From an uncultured Alphaproteobacteria bacterium (GTDB lineage: Bacteria > Pseudomonadota > Alphaproteobacteria > HIMB59 > GCA-002718135): a DNA stretch of 64,000 nt. Made by a program: the position numbers and the translations under genes. This document shows positions 7,682 to 16,635 of this stretch, one piece after another; positions within the stretch are counted from its first letter, which is position 1, and each line of letters opens with the position of its first letter. The notes below the pieces were generated by a model. That model was not told where the DNA came from, ran no database searches, and saw nothing but the letters and a program-made list of their open reading frames with translations. The stretch spans positions 2,678 to 66,677 of the forward strand of contig CACEMP010000004.1 in assembly GCA_902560675.1 (NCBI GenBank). The letters are read 5' to 3'.

Positions 7682-9424
7682 TTACTCTATAGAAGCTTTA
7701 TCTCTTTTATCACTAACGGCAGCAACTATTGGACTTATAACACCTTTGGCTTTAACATTTACACATGCAGTTTTACCACTTTCTAACGCTCTTTTTAAAG
7801 CGGGGCCTAAATCTTCTCTTTTAGTAACTAATTCTCCATGCCCTCCAAAACCTTCAAAAATTGAATGAAATGGAATATCTCTAAAATCAGTTGCAAAGTG
7901 TTTCCCGCTTTCAAATAACCTTTCTTGTTGTTGAGAAATACAGTCAAGACCTCCATTATTATCTATAACAACAACAATAGGTTTTTTTTCTTGAAATGCA
8001 GCTTCAATTGACAATCCACCAGATAAAAATGCACCATCTCCACTTATTAAAACAACATTAGATTTAGGATTAAGATTTTTCGCTGATATTGCAAAAGGAA
8101 CTCCAACACCTAACATACTGAAAGTACCTGGGTGCAATATACCTCCAAGTTTTTTACCTTTTGATCCAGCAATATTAATCGCAATCTCAGACCAGAAATG
8201 TGTGTTACCACCATCAATAACCAACCAATCCTTTTCAGTTAATATTTCTTGAACATCTAAAGCTAACTGAAGAGGATGAATTTTTCCACCATTTTTTTTG
8301 GCCTCTTCAGTTTCTTTATTTAAGTCATCTAATGTTTTATCGATCCAATTTTTTTTCTCTTTTTTATTCTTATCAAACCATTCATTTTTCAATTTCCATT
8401 TACTGTTTTTCTTTAACTCAATGAGTTTATTAAAAAAGACTCCGGGATCACAAAGTAAGTTAATATCCGCAGCTCTATTTAATTCTATTTCTTCATGAGA
8501 TCCATTAATACAAACAAGCTTAGTACTTTTTGGAAAAAGTGGAGGATTACCAAAATTCATTTGATTATCAAGACGTGCACCAATCATAAGAACCAAATCT
8601 GATTCATGGAGAGCCATTTTTGATGGGGGATATTGATGAATATCTGCCAGACCCATGTATGTATCTGCCTCTTCCCCTAAAAGCTTTTGATGATATGGTA
8701 TATTAAATATTGGAATATTTAATTCAAAACCAGCTTGCTCCAATTTTTTTTCTGCATTAGACCACCAAACACCATGCCCTCCAATAAAAACTGGTTTTTT
8801 AGCATTAATTGCAAGATCAAATATTTCATTTAAACTCTCAGGATCGGGCCAAGCTTTGGCTAAAGGTTTTTTCTGATGAGTAAATGGCCTTTCTTCTAAA
8901 CCTGCATCATCTGCAAATGATGAAAACATTATATCTACTGGAACACTTAAATGTACTGCACCTGGATAACCATTTGTTGCAATTCTATAAGCTTTATCTA
9001 CGAACTCTCTTATTCTATTACCATCTGTTATACTGGCACTGTATTTTGTTAAAGGTGCTGCAATAGATACATCATCTATTTCCTTAAAACCGCCTGCTCC
9101 TTGTCTTTTTAAGCTGCTTGATCCAGTTAAAAAAATAACAGGGGATCTTTCACCCCAAGCTTCCATCATTGAAGGTACTGCATTTGCAAAACCTTCTGGT
9201 CCAACAATACAAACAGATGGTTTTCTTGATATTCTTGTGTGACCATCAGCTAAATGGCCAGCAATTTGTTCATGAGGACAATTAATTACATCAATTTGAC
9301 ACTCCATAAATCCTTCAAGTGCTGGATTACAAAAACCTCCAGAAAGTGTAAAAACATTATCAATACCTTTGTCTCTAAGAGCTCTTGCAACTAATGCCCC
9401 ACCTCTAATCTTTTTATCACCCAT
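7682..9424 (-). CDS. Thiamine-diphosphate-dependent enzyme (acetolactate synthase / oxalyl-CoA decarboxylase / 2-hydroxyacyl-CoA lyase superfamily); specificity unresolved
   Basis: 580 aa. It has an N-terminal Pyr domain with the catalytic-Glu context CPHEQIAGHLADG and a C-terminal PP-domain motif GDGAFLSGG...IDNNGG. A K/E-rich insertion lies around KKNSKWKLKNEWFDKNKKEKKN. Confidence 0.8.
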   Translation of the reverse strand: MGDKKIRGGALVARALRDKGIDNVFTLSGGFCNPALEGFMECQIDVINCPHEQIAGHLADGHTRISRKPSVCIVGPEGFANAVPSMMEAWGERSPVIFLTGSSSLKRQGAGGFKEIDDVSIAAPLTKYSASITDGNRIREFVDKAYRIATNGYPGAVHLSVPVDIMFSSFADDAGLEERPFTHQKKPLAKAWPDPESLNEIFDLAINAKKPVFIGGHGVWWSNAEKKLEQAGFELNIPIFNIPYHQKLLGEEADTYMGLADIHQYPPSKMALHESDLVLMIGARLDNQMNFGNPPLFPKSTKLVCINGSHEEIELNRAADINLLCDPGVFFNKLIELKKNSKWKLKNEWFDKNKKEKKNWIDKTLDDLNKETEEAKKNGGKIHPLQLALDVQEILTEKDWLVIDGGNTHFWSEIAINIAGSKGKKLGGILHPGTFSMLGVGVPFAISAKNLNPKSNVVLISGDGAFLSGGLSIEAAFQEKKPIVVVIDNNGGLDCISQQQERLFESGKHFATDFRDIPFHSIFEGFGGHGELVTKREDLGPALKRALESGKTACVNVKAKGVISPIVAAVSDKRDKASIE

Positions 9425-9425
9425 T

Positions 9426-10589
9426 TTAATACTTTATATCCTTAAAAAATTTCTCTGCTATAATTTTTTTATCAACTTCATTTATATCGGTTAATCCCAC
9501 TAAGCCAAGATTTGTACTTAACTCTTCTTTAATTAAGTTAATGATTCTTCTAAGACCTTTTGCGCCATCTGCACCAATGGCATACATTAGAGGTCTGCCA
9601 AACATAACAAAGTCAGCTCCCAGAGCTAACGCACGTAAAATATCACTACCACTTCTAATTCCACTATCAAAAAGTATTGGAAAATCGCCTCCCAAAGCTT
9701 TTCGTATTAATGGCAAAGCATTAATAGAAGCAGTAGCACTATCTAATTGTCTTCCACCATGATTTGATACTTGAACTGCATCAGCACCAGCATCTTTAAT
9801 TTTCAAAGCATCTTCAGAATTCATTACTCCTTTGATTATTAATTTTCCTTTCCAAGCGTCTCGAACCCTTTTTAGAGTATTCCAATCAGTTGCCCCTCTA
9901 CTTTCTTTTCGTCTAAAAACTTGATCACCACTTTTGGAGGTAACATAATTCATTGGTTGTGGAGCGCCTTTAAACAAAGTTGTTAAGCTCCATTGAGGAT
10001 GTAGTGCAAAATCTAAAAATTGTTTTGGGCCAATTTTAAATGGATAACCAAAGCCATTTCTATCATCTCTGGCTCTTCTTGAAAGAATAGGAACATCAAC
10101 AGTGAGAATTAAAACCTCATACCCTACGCCTTCTGCTCTTTTTAATAATTCCATAATAAATTCTTCACTTTGAAAAATATATATTTGCATCCACGAATGT
10201 CCTTCTGAAAAAGTAAACATATCTTCAAGCGTAGTACTAGAAGCCATTGAAACACATGTTGGAATATTATTATACGCACTTTCTTTTGCTATCATTTTAT
10301 CTGCTTCAGGCCATGAAAGATTTGTCATTCCCATTGGTGCAAATCCAAATGGATAATCAAAATGAAAATCAAATATTTTTTTACTTAAGTTTCTATTCTC
10401 GACATTTCTGAAAACCTTAGGTTCAAGTCTAATTTGATCTAATGCTTTACTATTAATTTCAGCAAGTTTATCATCTCCTGATGCTCCATCAATGAAATCA
10501 AAGACCAATTTTGGTAATCTCTTTTTTGATAACCTTATTGCATCATCTATTGTATGGATTTTATTGCTAGCTTTAATGAGATCATTCAT
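9426..10589 (-). CDS. FMN-dependent alpha-hydroxy acid dehydrogenase/oxidase (LldD / glycolate oxidase family)
   Basis: 387 aa with the family motifs LTVDVPILSRRARD, VSNHGGRQLD and FDSGIRSGSDILRALALGA. Confidence 0.85.
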   Translation of the reverse strand: MNDLIKASNKIHTIDDAIRLSKKRLPKLVFDFIDGASGDDKLAEINSKALDQIRLEPKVFRNVENRNLSKKIFDFHFDYPFGFAPMGMTNLSWPEADKMIAKESAYNNIPTCVSMASSTTLEDMFTFSEGHSWMQIYIFQSEEFIMELLKRAEGVGYEVLILTVDVPILSRRARDDRNGFGYPFKIGPKQFLDFALHPQWSLTTLFKGAPQPMNYVTSKSGDQVFRRKESRGATDWNTLKRVRDAWKGKLIIKGVMNSEDALKIKDAGADAVQVSNHGGRQLDSATASINALPLIRKALGGDFPILFDSGIRSGSDILRALALGADFVMFGRPLMYAIGADGAKGLRRIINLIKEELSTNLGLVGLTDINEVDKKIIAEKFFKDIKY

Positions 10590-10637
10590 TTTAATATTTG
10601 TATTCTAATATAATTTATAATTCTATTATAAAATATA

Positions 10638-11867
10638 CTAGTTTTTTGAAATACCTTTCCAAGGTATAGGGCTAGATGGAATATCCTCTTTCAAACCTCT
10701 TTGTATTTCGCCTTTCTCATCATACATTGGTAAAGTACAAATTTCACCTTTTTGCAGACTACCATCATCACAACTAACATCTACTATTGTGTCTGGTCCA
10801 AATTTTGCATTATCCATATGAACTATAGCAACACCACAAACTTGAAATGGGGACCATGTACTTGAAGTTACAATTCCAACTTTTTTATTATTAATAGAAA
10901 TTTCAGAATCAACCAACGCAAAGCTATTTTCCACTCTCATACCCCATGTTAAACAATCTTTGCTTGCATTTAGTAAATAATCTTTTCCAATAAAATCCCC
11001 TTTATTAAAATCTATAAATTTTCCTAATCCAACAGCAAATGGAGATCTGTCTCTTGTAAAATCTCTCCCTGCAGATAAGAGACCTGCCTCAATTCTTCTA
11101 CATCTAAATCCTGGTGAGGCTGTTAAGATCATTCCCATTTCTTCGCCTTTACTGAGTATTAAGTCTCCAATTTTTTTTGAATCATTTTCTGGTCTTAAAT
11201 AAATTTCCCAACCCAGTTCATTCGTAAACCCTGTTCTACTTATAATTACTTTTTCTGAAGCAATTGAAGTTTCAATCCAATCAAAGTAATTAAAATTATT
11301 TTTTAATGGTTGATCAATTAGTTTTTCTAACAGTTTTAGAGATTTAGGTCCTTGTATTTGACTTACCCAAACATTTGGATCTTTAATTTCAACATCTAAA
11401 TTTTTCGAATGAGCTTTGTACCAACTGTATAAATGTCCATCACCTTGAGCAAACCAAAATTTATTTTTTTCTAATCTCAATAATAATCCATCTGAAATCA
11501 TCCCTCCATCATGGTAGCATGCAAATTGATAGGAGCATCGTCCTATTTTTACTTTTGAAATATCTCTAGGAAATATTTGTTGAAGTAAATTTTCAGCATC
11601 TGGTCCAGATATTTCGTATGGATGTTCACCTGTATGACGTAAAATTATTTCTTGTCTAGCTTTCCAATACATTTCATCTGCTGTAGCATGAGATAATTTT
11701 TCAAGTGTAAATCTCCCATCAGCGTAGTTAGTATATTCTGGGTTGAGTGGTAACTCCTGATAAGTAAGAGGATGTATTTTCATGGGTCTAGCCAAATCTA
11801 GAGATCTACCAGTTTCTTTAATAACTGGCTTTACAACAAATCTGTAATTACTAACTAAATCTCCCAT
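10638..11867 (-). CDS. GcvT-like folate-binding aminomethyltransferase/demethylase family protein (second paralogue, longer N-terminus)
   Basis: 409 aa. It shows the pattern EISGPDAENLLQ..CYHDGGMISDGLLLRL..IQGPKS..SRTGFTNELGWEIY..IEAGLLSAG, typical of GcvT/DmdA/LigM-type THF-dependent methyl transferases. Confidence 0.7.
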   Translation of the reverse strand: MGDLVSNYRFVVKPVIKETGRSLDLARPMKIHPLTYQELPLNPEYTNYADGRFTLEKLSHATADEMYWKARQEIILRHTGEHPYEISGPDAENLLQQIFPRDISKVKIGRCSYQFACYHDGGMISDGLLLRLEKNKFWFAQGDGHLYSWYKAHSKNLDVEIKDPNVWVSQIQGPKSLKLLEKLIDQPLKNNFNYFDWIETSIASEKVIISRTGFTNELGWEIYLRPENDSKKIGDLILSKGEEMGMILTASPGFRCRRIEAGLLSAGRDFTRDRSPFAVGLGKFIDFNKGDFIGKDYLLNASKDCLTWGMRVENSFALVDSEISINNKKVGIVTSSTWSPFQVCGVAIVHMDNAKFGPDTIVDVSCDDGSLQKGEICTLPMYDEKGEIQRGLKEDIPSSPIPWKGISKN

Positions 11868-11908
11868 AAAATTTATTCAACTTATCACAAAATAATGAAA
11901 AAAAAATT

Positions 11909-12832
11909 TTAAAATAAATTCTTAATAGCTTCAATATGTCGTGGCTTTACCTCACAGCATCCACCAACTAGAGTAACACCTTCATTTAATGAATTTAAAA
12001 CAAACTTTTTATATTTTTCTTCTCCAAATTCTTCATTTCGAGTTCCAAGTAACTCTACGGGATCAATATAATCATAATGTCCTTCAAAACCTTCTGAATT
12101 AAATTTTTCTTCATTACTAGTAGGCAATTCTTTAAATAAATTCATTTTATAACCAAAAGGAAGCTTTTGTTTATTAAACATAGGAATACTCAAATTAACA
12201 ATTTCAGGTGATACGCAGGCAGATACTATGCCACAACAATCAAATTTTTGAATAGTTTCAAAAAGTTCATCAAGACTTTCTCCAGATGGTAATTTTCCAT
12301 CGTAACGTAAGTGTACACCTACAAGAACTTGTTTATTAAATTCTTGTGAAGCTTCTAAAGCAATTTTTATTTCTTTGATGGAACACAAAACATCTAAGTA
12401 AAAAATGTCGACGTAATCTTTTAATATTTTTGCAATTTCATGAAAATAATTAAACATGGTTTCATCAGTTTCAAAATGTATTGGGGAATATGTATTACCT
12501 TGATTTGGCAATGAGCCTGCAACAATAACTTTTTTATCACTTTCATTTTTTGCTTTTAATGCTAGTGCTCCAGCAGATTGTATTCCAAATTCAAATCTAT
12601 CAAGTAAATTATATTTTTTTAATAGTCTTCTTCTAACACTAAAATTTGAAGTAACGATTAATTGTGATCCTGCATTTATAAAATTTTTGTGCATTTCTAC
12701 TACCATTGGGTGATTATTTTCATCTAATAAAGCTTGTGCAGACCAAAGATCACCGGTTGTTTCTAAACCCATTTCCATTAAAGTTTGACCTGAACCTCCA
12801 TCAAAGAGATATTTCTTATTTTTTAAAAACAT
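11909..12832 (-). CDS. Homocysteine S-methyltransferase-domain protein (betaine-homocysteine methyltransferase-like)
   Basis: 307 aa. It has an N-terminal DGGSGQTL, a Cys in ACVSPE plus GGCCEV (the Zn-binding Cys triad pattern of the Pfam S-methyl_trans family). Confidence 0.75.
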   Translation of the reverse strand: MFLKNKKYLFDGGSGQTLMEMGLETTGDLWSAQALLDENNHPMVVEMHKNFINAGSQLIVTSNFSVRRRLLKKYNLLDRFEFGIQSAGALALKAKNESDKKVIVAGSLPNQGNTYSPIHFETDETMFNYFHEIAKILKDYVDIFYLDVLCSIKEIKIALEASQEFNKQVLVGVHLRYDGKLPSGESLDELFETIQKFDCCGIVSACVSPEIVNLSIPMFNKQKLPFGYKMNLFKELPTSNEEKFNSEGFEGHYDYIDPVELLGTRNEEFGEEKYKKFVLNSLNEGVTLVGGCCEVKPRHIEAIKNLF

Positions 12833-12850
12833 TTTTTTGGAAGATTAGAG

Positions 12851-12881
12851 GAAAAAGTGTGGCGCATTTAAATGCGCCACA
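12851..12881 (-). terminator. Rho-independent terminator (probably partial) after the SBP gene
   Basis: A perfect 24-nt palindrome TGTGGCGCATTTAAATGCGCCACA sits at 12858..12881. On the minus strand it is followed by C-TTTTT-CC. It begins 16 nt downstream of the SBP stop codon. Confidence 0.7.
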
Positions 12882-12896
12882 AAGAAAATTAATATT

Positions 12897-14525
12897 TTAT
12901 GCAAACCACCAACGTTCAGAAAGTTTGTTACCATCACTTTCCCAGTTACCAGCAACATCTTCACCGTGCGCAAGTTTTTTAGAACCAGCACCAACATATT
13001 GGTTAAATGCATAGACAATTGCACCACCATCGTAGTTACAAAGAGCTTGTGCTTCCCAGTACATTGATTTTCTTTTTTCTGCATCAAGTTCTGATCTAGC
13101 AGCTCTAACAAGTTCATTGAAACGAACAGTTGAATCAGTTTGAACTAGATTACCCCAAGCAGCTTCATTCCACTCAGTATCATCTGTGAATGCAGCAGAC
13201 CACATCATATCTTCTGTAGGTCTTCCACCCCAAGAACTCATACTGAAACCTTTAGTGTTCCATACGTTACTCCAGTAACCATCTTCTGGTTCTTTTTTAA
13301 CTCGAAGATCGATACCACATTCTTGAGCAGATGCTGCTATTAAGTTAGTTGCATCTGTACATCCTGCATAAGGAACCTCAGAAGTACTAATTTCAATTGG
13401 TCCACTTACTCCAGATTTTTTCCAGTGATAAGCAGCTTTATCAGCATCGAACTCTCTCTGCTCTAAAGCATTGTTGTGGTAAGGGTGAGCAGTTGAGATC
13501 GGGTGATCATTACCAACTGTTCCATATCCTAGCATTATCTTATCAACAATTTCTTGTCTTTTGATTGCAAACTTCATTGCCATACGAACATCAAAATTAT
13601 CAAATGGCGGCACATTTAATCTCATTGGAGCTGTATAATGTGCATATCCAGATGCTGCAGTAATTTCAACATTTGGATCTCTTGTTAGTAAATTTGCAGT
13701 TCTTAAGTCAACACCGTTCATCCAGTCTATTTCACCATTCAATAATGCCGCTTGTCTAGTAGCAGGATCATTAATTCCGATTACTTCAACTGAATCAAAG
13801 TGTGCAACACTATCACCTTTGAAATAATTTGGATTTCTTTTTCCAAATTTTGCTCCAACACCTGGATTAAATTCATCCATAATGTAAGGACCAGTTCCAA
13901 CAGTAGATTGAGCATCAACAACTCCATCTTTTGTTGGTTTAATCATAATGTGATAGTCAGTAGTTATTGCAGGCCAGTCAGCGTTTGCACCTTTTAGCTT
14001 GAAAATAACTCTATCATTTCCATCAGCAGAAATTGTATCAATTTGAGATAACAACCCACCTGCTGCTGAAGCGGTGTCTGGATTCATGTGATACTGATAG
14101 TTAAGTACAACGTCTTCTGCAGTCATTGATTTTCCATTATGGAATTCAACTCCTTTACGAAGATTATATACCCAAGTTTGAGCATCATCAGATTCAATTG
14201 ACTCAGCAAGCTCTCCAACAATAGTATGGTCTGAGTCAACAACCGTTAAACAGTTTTGATATGACCAAGCTGTAGCTTGCATGAATGAACTTTGATAAGT
14301 TGCAGGATCAAGTGTATCTGTAGTATCAGCTGCACCATTACCCCATCTTAAATGTCCGCCTTTTTTTGGAGTAGCAGCAACAGCTTTATCAGCGAGTGAT
14401 AGTGCTATTGGTAAAGTTACACCAGTTGCAAGAACAGACATCATGAACTGTCTTCTGTCAATTAGCCCTTTAGTGAGCTTTGAAGACTGCTCTTTAATAT
14501 ATTTGTCTATTTTCTTATCTTTCAT
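12897..14525 (-). CDS. ABC transporter substrate-binding protein, family 5 (peptide/opine/nickel, DppA/OppA-like) with a Tat-like signal peptide
   Basis: 542 aa. The signal is IDRRQFMMSVLATGVTLPIALSLADKAVA-AT, and a strong RBS (GGGAGGACAAATG) precedes the start. GC content is noticeably higher than in neighbouring genes (about 38% in the lines I counted by hand). Confidence 0.85.
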   Translation of the reverse strand: MKDKKIDKYIKEQSSKLTKGLIDRRQFMMSVLATGVTLPIALSLADKAVAATPKKGGHLRWGNGAADTTDTLDPATYQSSFMQATAWSYQNCLTVVDSDHTIVGELAESIESDDAQTWVYNLRKGVEFHNGKSMTAEDVVLNYQYHMNPDTASAAGGLLSQIDTISADGNDRVIFKLKGANADWPAITTDYHIMIKPTKDGVVDAQSTVGTGPYIMDEFNPGVGAKFGKRNPNYFKGDSVAHFDSVEVIGINDPATRQAALLNGEIDWMNGVDLRTANLLTRDPNVEITAASGYAHYTAPMRLNVPPFDNFDVRMAMKFAIKRQEIVDKIMLGYGTVGNDHPISTAHPYHNNALEQREFDADKAAYHWKKSGVSGPIEISTSEVPYAGCTDATNLIAASAQECGIDLRVKKEPEDGYWSNVWNTKGFSMSSWGGRPTEDMMWSAAFTDDTEWNEAAWGNLVQTDSTVRFNELVRAARSELDAEKRKSMYWEAQALCNYDGGAIVYAFNQYVGAGSKKLAHGEDVAGNWESDGNKLSERWWFA

Positions 14526-14541
14526 TTGTCCTCCCTTTTAT

Positions 14542-14567
14542 TGAACAAAAACCTATATTTTTGTTCA
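14542..14567. promoter_or_regulatory. Perfect 10-bp inverted repeat (TGAACAAAAA-N6-TTTTTGTTCA) in the SBP leader / divergent promoter region
   Basis: Read directly from the sequence. It lies 17-42 nt upstream of the SBP start codon, within the 191-nt divergent intergenic region. Confidence 0.4.
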
Positions 14568-14716
14568 TTATTTCTAGAAATTTAACAAAAAACAAACTTA
14601 AGTTAATTAACATACAAACATATAAATTATTTAAATTCAACGGATAATTTATGAAATTTAGGTTGCATAATGATCTAATTAAGTAATAACAAAATTAAAA
14701 TATTTAGGAGGACAAT

Positions 14717-15715
14717 ATTAGCCAAATTCACCCAATATTTAGAACAATTTTTTTAAGAATTGGCCTTGGATTAATTACTGTATTCGCTTTTTCAGTAATT
14801 ATTTTTAGCTGTTTTTCTTTTTTGCCAGGAGATTTTGCAACTGAGATTCTAGGACAATCAGCTACAAAATCGTCCGTAGAGGCCCTTAGATCAGAATTAG
14901 GTTTAGATAAACATCCAATCCCAAGATATTTCGAATGGTTGTCCAATGTATTTCAGGGAGATTTTGGAAGTTCTTTCTCAGGCAGATCAAAAGTACAAGG
15001 TGATCAAGGTGATAGATCAAGACTTGTTGTGGAACTAATTATTCCCAGACTCAAAAATACACTTTTTTTAACCGGAGTAAGTGCTCTTGTAGCTATTCCA
15101 CTGGCATTACTTCTAGGTATTTCAGCTGCCTTATACAGAAATAGTGTTTACGATAGATCGGCAACTGGTTTTAGTTTAATTACTGTTTCTTCTCCCGAGT
15201 TTTTTACTGGATATATTTTTATTCTTTTATTAGCTACCTTGTTTCCAGTTTTTCCTACTATAGCAAATGTCAATGAGGACACATCCTTAATTGATAGGTT
15301 TTATTTAACTGCTTTACCTGTTTTTACTTTAACGCTTGTAACAATGGGTCATATGATGAGAATGACTCGATCTGCAATAATCAATATTTTATCAAGTGAA
15401 TATATCGAAATGGCAAAATTATCTGGCGCTACCAGATATGAAGTAATTGTGAAACATGCTTTGCCTAATGCTTGGGCTCCAATTGCTCAAGTAATAACTA
15501 TAAATCTTGCCTACATGTTAATTGGTTCAGTTGTTGTCGAGTTTGTATTTAATTATCAAGGCATAGGAAGATTAATGGTTGGATCCGTTTATAATAGAGA
15601 TATTCCTGTTGTTCAGGCTTGCGCTTTAATATTTGCATCAACTTACGTTATATTAAATTTACTAGCTGATTTAATTGGCATAATTTCAAACCCTAGACTT
15701 TTGTATCCTAAATGA
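14717..15715 (+). CDS. ABC transporter permease (DppB/OppB-like), proposed non-canonical ATT start
   Basis: The ORF track starts at TTG 14822 (MPGDFATEILGQ), which would delete the first TM helix that normally precedes the LPGD motif. The frame is open back to the TAG at 14705. It contains no ATG, GTG or TTG, but ATT at 14717 lies 5 nt after AGGAGG (14706..14711). The extension reads ISQIHPIFRTIFLRIGLGLITVFAFSVIIFSCFSF. Confidence 0.7.
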   Translation: MSQIHPIFRTIFLRIGLGLITVFAFSVIIFSCFSFLPGDFATEILGQSATKSSVEALRSELGLDKHPIPRYFEWLSNVFQGDFGSSFSGRSKVQGDQGDRSRLVVELIIPRLKNTLFLTGVSALVAIPLALLLGISAALYRNSVYDRSATGFSLITVSSPEFFTGYIFILLLATLFPVFPTIANVNEDTSLIDRFYLTALPVFTLTLVTMGHMMRMTRSAIINILSSEYIEMAKLSGATRYEVIVKHALPNAWAPIAQVITINLAYMLIGSVVVEFVFNYQGIGRLMVGSVYNRDIPVVQACALIFASTYVILNLLADLIGIISNPRLLYPK

Positions 15716-16635
15716 GTGAAAATACACAATCATATTCAGCAAAAGGTGAAGTTAGTAATATAACTAAAAGAAGAACTAGATTTGAAAGAATTAAAATAGC
15801 ATTTTCTAAAGCTCCTTTATCTGCTTGGTTTGGAATGATTGTTCTTTCTATCTATCTTATTGCTGCATTTTTTGCTCCTTTTATTGCGCCACATGGTGAG
15901 GCTGAAGTTTTCCCAGTAGCATATGCGCCATGGGGTGGAGAACACTTATTAGGAACAGATCAAATTGGAAGAGATATTCTTTCTAGATTAATATTTGCTT
16001 CAAGAAATACACTAGGAATTTGTTTTTTAGCCTGTACCATTGCTTTATTTATAGGAACAATATTTGGAATAATTGCTGCAATAGATAGAAGTTACATTGA
16101 TCAAATTTTAAGTAGATCTATTGATACTTTAATGGCAATTCCCGTAATGATTTTTACTTTTATACTTTTATCTGTTTTTGGGCCAAGTAACTTAAACTTA
16201 ATTTTAATTCTAGGGGTATTAGAATCAACGAGGTTTTTTAGAATTTCAAGATCTGTAGCTGTTGGTCAAGTTGTATTAGAATATGTTGAGGTAGCTAAAT
16301 TAAGAGGAGAAAAACTTTCTTATATAATTTTTAGAGAAATTTTACCAAATATAGCATCTCCACTAATCGTAGAATTTGGAGTGAGATTCATTTTTATTAT
16401 TTTCACAGTTTCAAGTTTAAGTTTTTTAGGCTTAGGAATTCAACCGCCAGCTGCTGATTGGGCTGCAATGGTTAGAGAAAATGCAATTTTAATTCAATAT
16501 GCCCAATATGATATTACTGCAGGATTAACACCACTAATACCTGCTGCAATAATTGCTTTATTAGCTCTTGCAATTAATTTTGTTATTGATTGGTATTTAT
16601 ACATAACAAGCGGATTAAAAGATGACATCAAATAA
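15712..16635 (+). CDS. ABC transporter permease (DppC/OppC-like)
   Basis: 307 aa with multiple TM segments. It has an ATGA overlap with the upstream permease and the family motif region EYVEVAKLRGEK. Confidence 0.85.
   Translation: MSENTQSYSAKGEVSNITKRRTRFERIKIAFSKAPLSAWFGMIVLSIYLIAAFFAPFIAPHGEAEVFPVAYAPWGGEHLLGTDQIGRDILSRLIFASRNTLGICFLACTIALFIGTIFGIIAAIDRSYIDQILSRSIDTLMAIPVMIFTFILLSVFGPSNLNLILILGVLESTRFFRISRSVAVGQVVLEYVEVAKLRGEKLSYIIFREILPNIASPLIVEFGVRFIFIIFTVSSLSFLGLGIQPPAADWAAMVRENAILIQYAQYDITAGLTPLIPAAIIALLALAINFVIDWYLYITSGLKDDIK

Noticed and set aside
7682-9424. Assigning the ThDP enzyme specifically as sulfoacetaldehyde acetyltransferase (Xsc), glyoxylate carboligase, oxalyl-CoA decarboxylase or acetolactate synthase
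   Set aside because: Motifs visible by eye establish only the superfamily. The catalytic Glu is present, which argues against glyoxylate carboligase. No sulfite exporter or pta, no formyl-CoA transferase, and no ilvN/ilvC partner is nearby to support any one assignment.
12833-12896. Possible SAM-II/SAM-V-type riboswitch upstream of the BHMT-like methyltransferase gene, since such riboswitches are known from Pelagibacter methionine genes
   Set aside because: The only structure in the 64-nt gap is a simple perfect palindrome followed by a T-run on the minus strand. It lacks the pseudoknot-forming AAAGC-type 3' segment I would expect. A terminator for the upstream SBP gene explains it better.
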